This document shows positions 63,593-64,000 of a DNA stretch of 64,000 nt, one piece after another. Source of the DNA: Candidatus Avispirillum faecium (GTDB lineage Bacteria; Bacillota; Clostridia; Oscillospirales; CAG-272); NCBI GenBank assembly GCA_904396155.1, contig CAJFOI010000044.1:46926-110925 (forward strand), in the 5' to 3' direction. The notes under the pieces were generated by a model. That model had not been told where the DNA came from and did not search any database. It saw only the letters and a program-made list of their open reading frames with translations. The number at the start of each line of letters is the position of its first letter. The first letter of the stretch is position 1. The position numbers and the translations under genes were made by a program.

Positions 63593-63669
63593 GGAGGCAT
63601 AGCTCAGCTGGTTAGAGCGTTCGGTTCACATCCGAGAGGTCGCGGGTTCGAGTCCCTCTGTCTCCACCA
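63593..63669 (+). tRNA. tRNA-Val (anticodon CAC)
   Basis: Acceptor GGAGGCA/TGTCTCC, D arm GCTC-AGCTGGTTA-GAGC, anticodon stem TTCGG/CCGAG with loop TTCACAT, and an encoded CCA. 77 nt. There is one C:T mismatch in the T stem (GCGGG/CCCTC). Confidence 0.8.
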
Positions 63670-63675
63670 AAACTT

Positions 63676-63751
63676 GGGGTGTTAGCTCAGTTGGTAGAGC
63701 GATTGGTTCGCAATCAATAGGTCAGGAGTTCGAATCTCCTACGCTCCACCA
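63676..63751 (+). tRNA. tRNA-Ala (anticodon CGC)
   Basis: Acceptor GGGGTGT/ACGCTCC with the G3:U70 Ala identity pair, anticodon loop TTCGCAA, T arm AGGAG-TTCGAAT-CTCCT, and an encoded CCA. 76 nt. Confidence 0.9.
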
Positions 63752-63753
63752 GG

Positions 63754-63793
63754 CAAGAATCCGGGGCCGGACAGGTCCCGGATTCTTGTTTTT
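63754..63793 (+). terminator. intrinsic terminator of the tRNA operon
   Basis: CAAGAATCCGGG-11 nt-CCCGGATTCTTG followed by TTTTT. Confidence 0.85.
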
Positions 63794-63945
63794 GCGTCTA
63801 TTGCCGATCTGCCTCCACAATCCTTTGCAGGCTGTGCATAGCCGTGAATCGTTTTTGCCAAAATCCTCTGTACCTTCTTTCTCCACGCATCAATGCAAAA
63901 AAACGGTACATACTACATGTACTACCGAATGAAGGAGGATGTAAA

Positions 63946-64000
63946 ATGATAGAACCCGATACCGTACGGCTTTTGCGGGAATGCGACGCCGGTATAAAAA
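63946..64000 (+). CDS. 5' end of an unidentified gene (runs off the window)
   Basis: The ATG lies 7 nt after GAAGGAGG, and the reading frame MIEPDTVRLLRECDAGIK stays open to the edge. Confidence 0.4.
   Translation, partial: MIEPDTVRLLRECDAGIK

Noticed and set aside
63593-63669. Possibility that tRNA-Val(CAC) is a pseudogene because of the T-stem C:U mismatch.
   Set aside because: The acceptor, D and anticodon arms, U33, the purine at position 37, the TTCGA T-loop and the encoded CCA are all intact, and the gene sits inside a promoter-terminator-bounded operon. A single mismatch is tolerable.
1-64000. CRISPR arrays, rRNA genes, IS elements, integrases, prophage or conjugative genes, and restriction-modification or known defence systems.
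   Set aside because: I saw no regularly spaced direct repeats, no rRNA-like stretches and no ORFs with transposase, recombinase, phage or defence signatures. AddAB and mazF are the only nuclease or toxin-type genes.

Overview
This is a GC-rich, densely coding chromosomal core segment that looks Clostridia-like (Oscillospiraceae/Ruminococcaceae-like gene content: rnfCDGEAB, a dockerin protein, DHHW/MBOAT, DUF3842). I call about 58 protein genes and 3 tRNAs. I saw no rRNA, CRISPR array, transposase, integrase or phage genes. In order the window holds: wecB plus a polytopic envelope protein; yceD-rpmF; an ECF-type sigma/anti-sigma pair; a PepSY protein with an OmpR/HK two-component system; an unpartnered type IIA topoisomerase B subunit embedded among lipoprotein genes; a DHHW/MBOAT O-acyltransferase pair; addB-addA translationally coupled to DUF3842 and followed by TIGR01440; a solitary mazF next to two YD-repeat-like secreted proteins; fprA with a 4Fe-4S protein, divergent from a Crp/Fnr regulator; a PlsC-like/GT4/DUF1893/thiI/pseudo-receiver regulator string; PiT; an EF-G paralogue with a non-canonical GTPase centre; msmX; three tandem M42 peptidases; murD; yybS-gdpP-rplI-dnaB; pgk-tpiA; an LRR protein with a dockerin; rnfCDGEAB followed by NusG-II/Gx transporter genes; an XRE regulator divergent from a permuted papain-like protein; mtnN; and a tRNA Gln-Val-Ala operon. 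I did not find an obvious new defence or biosynthetic system. The most unusual non-genic signal is a family of ~50-nt double-hairpin repeats in three intergenic loci. Gene starts were re-set from the ORF track wherever an in-frame start sits behind a Shine-Dalgarno sequence. Many long ORFs antisense to real genes were rejected. All homology statements come from motif recognition by eye, not from database searches.
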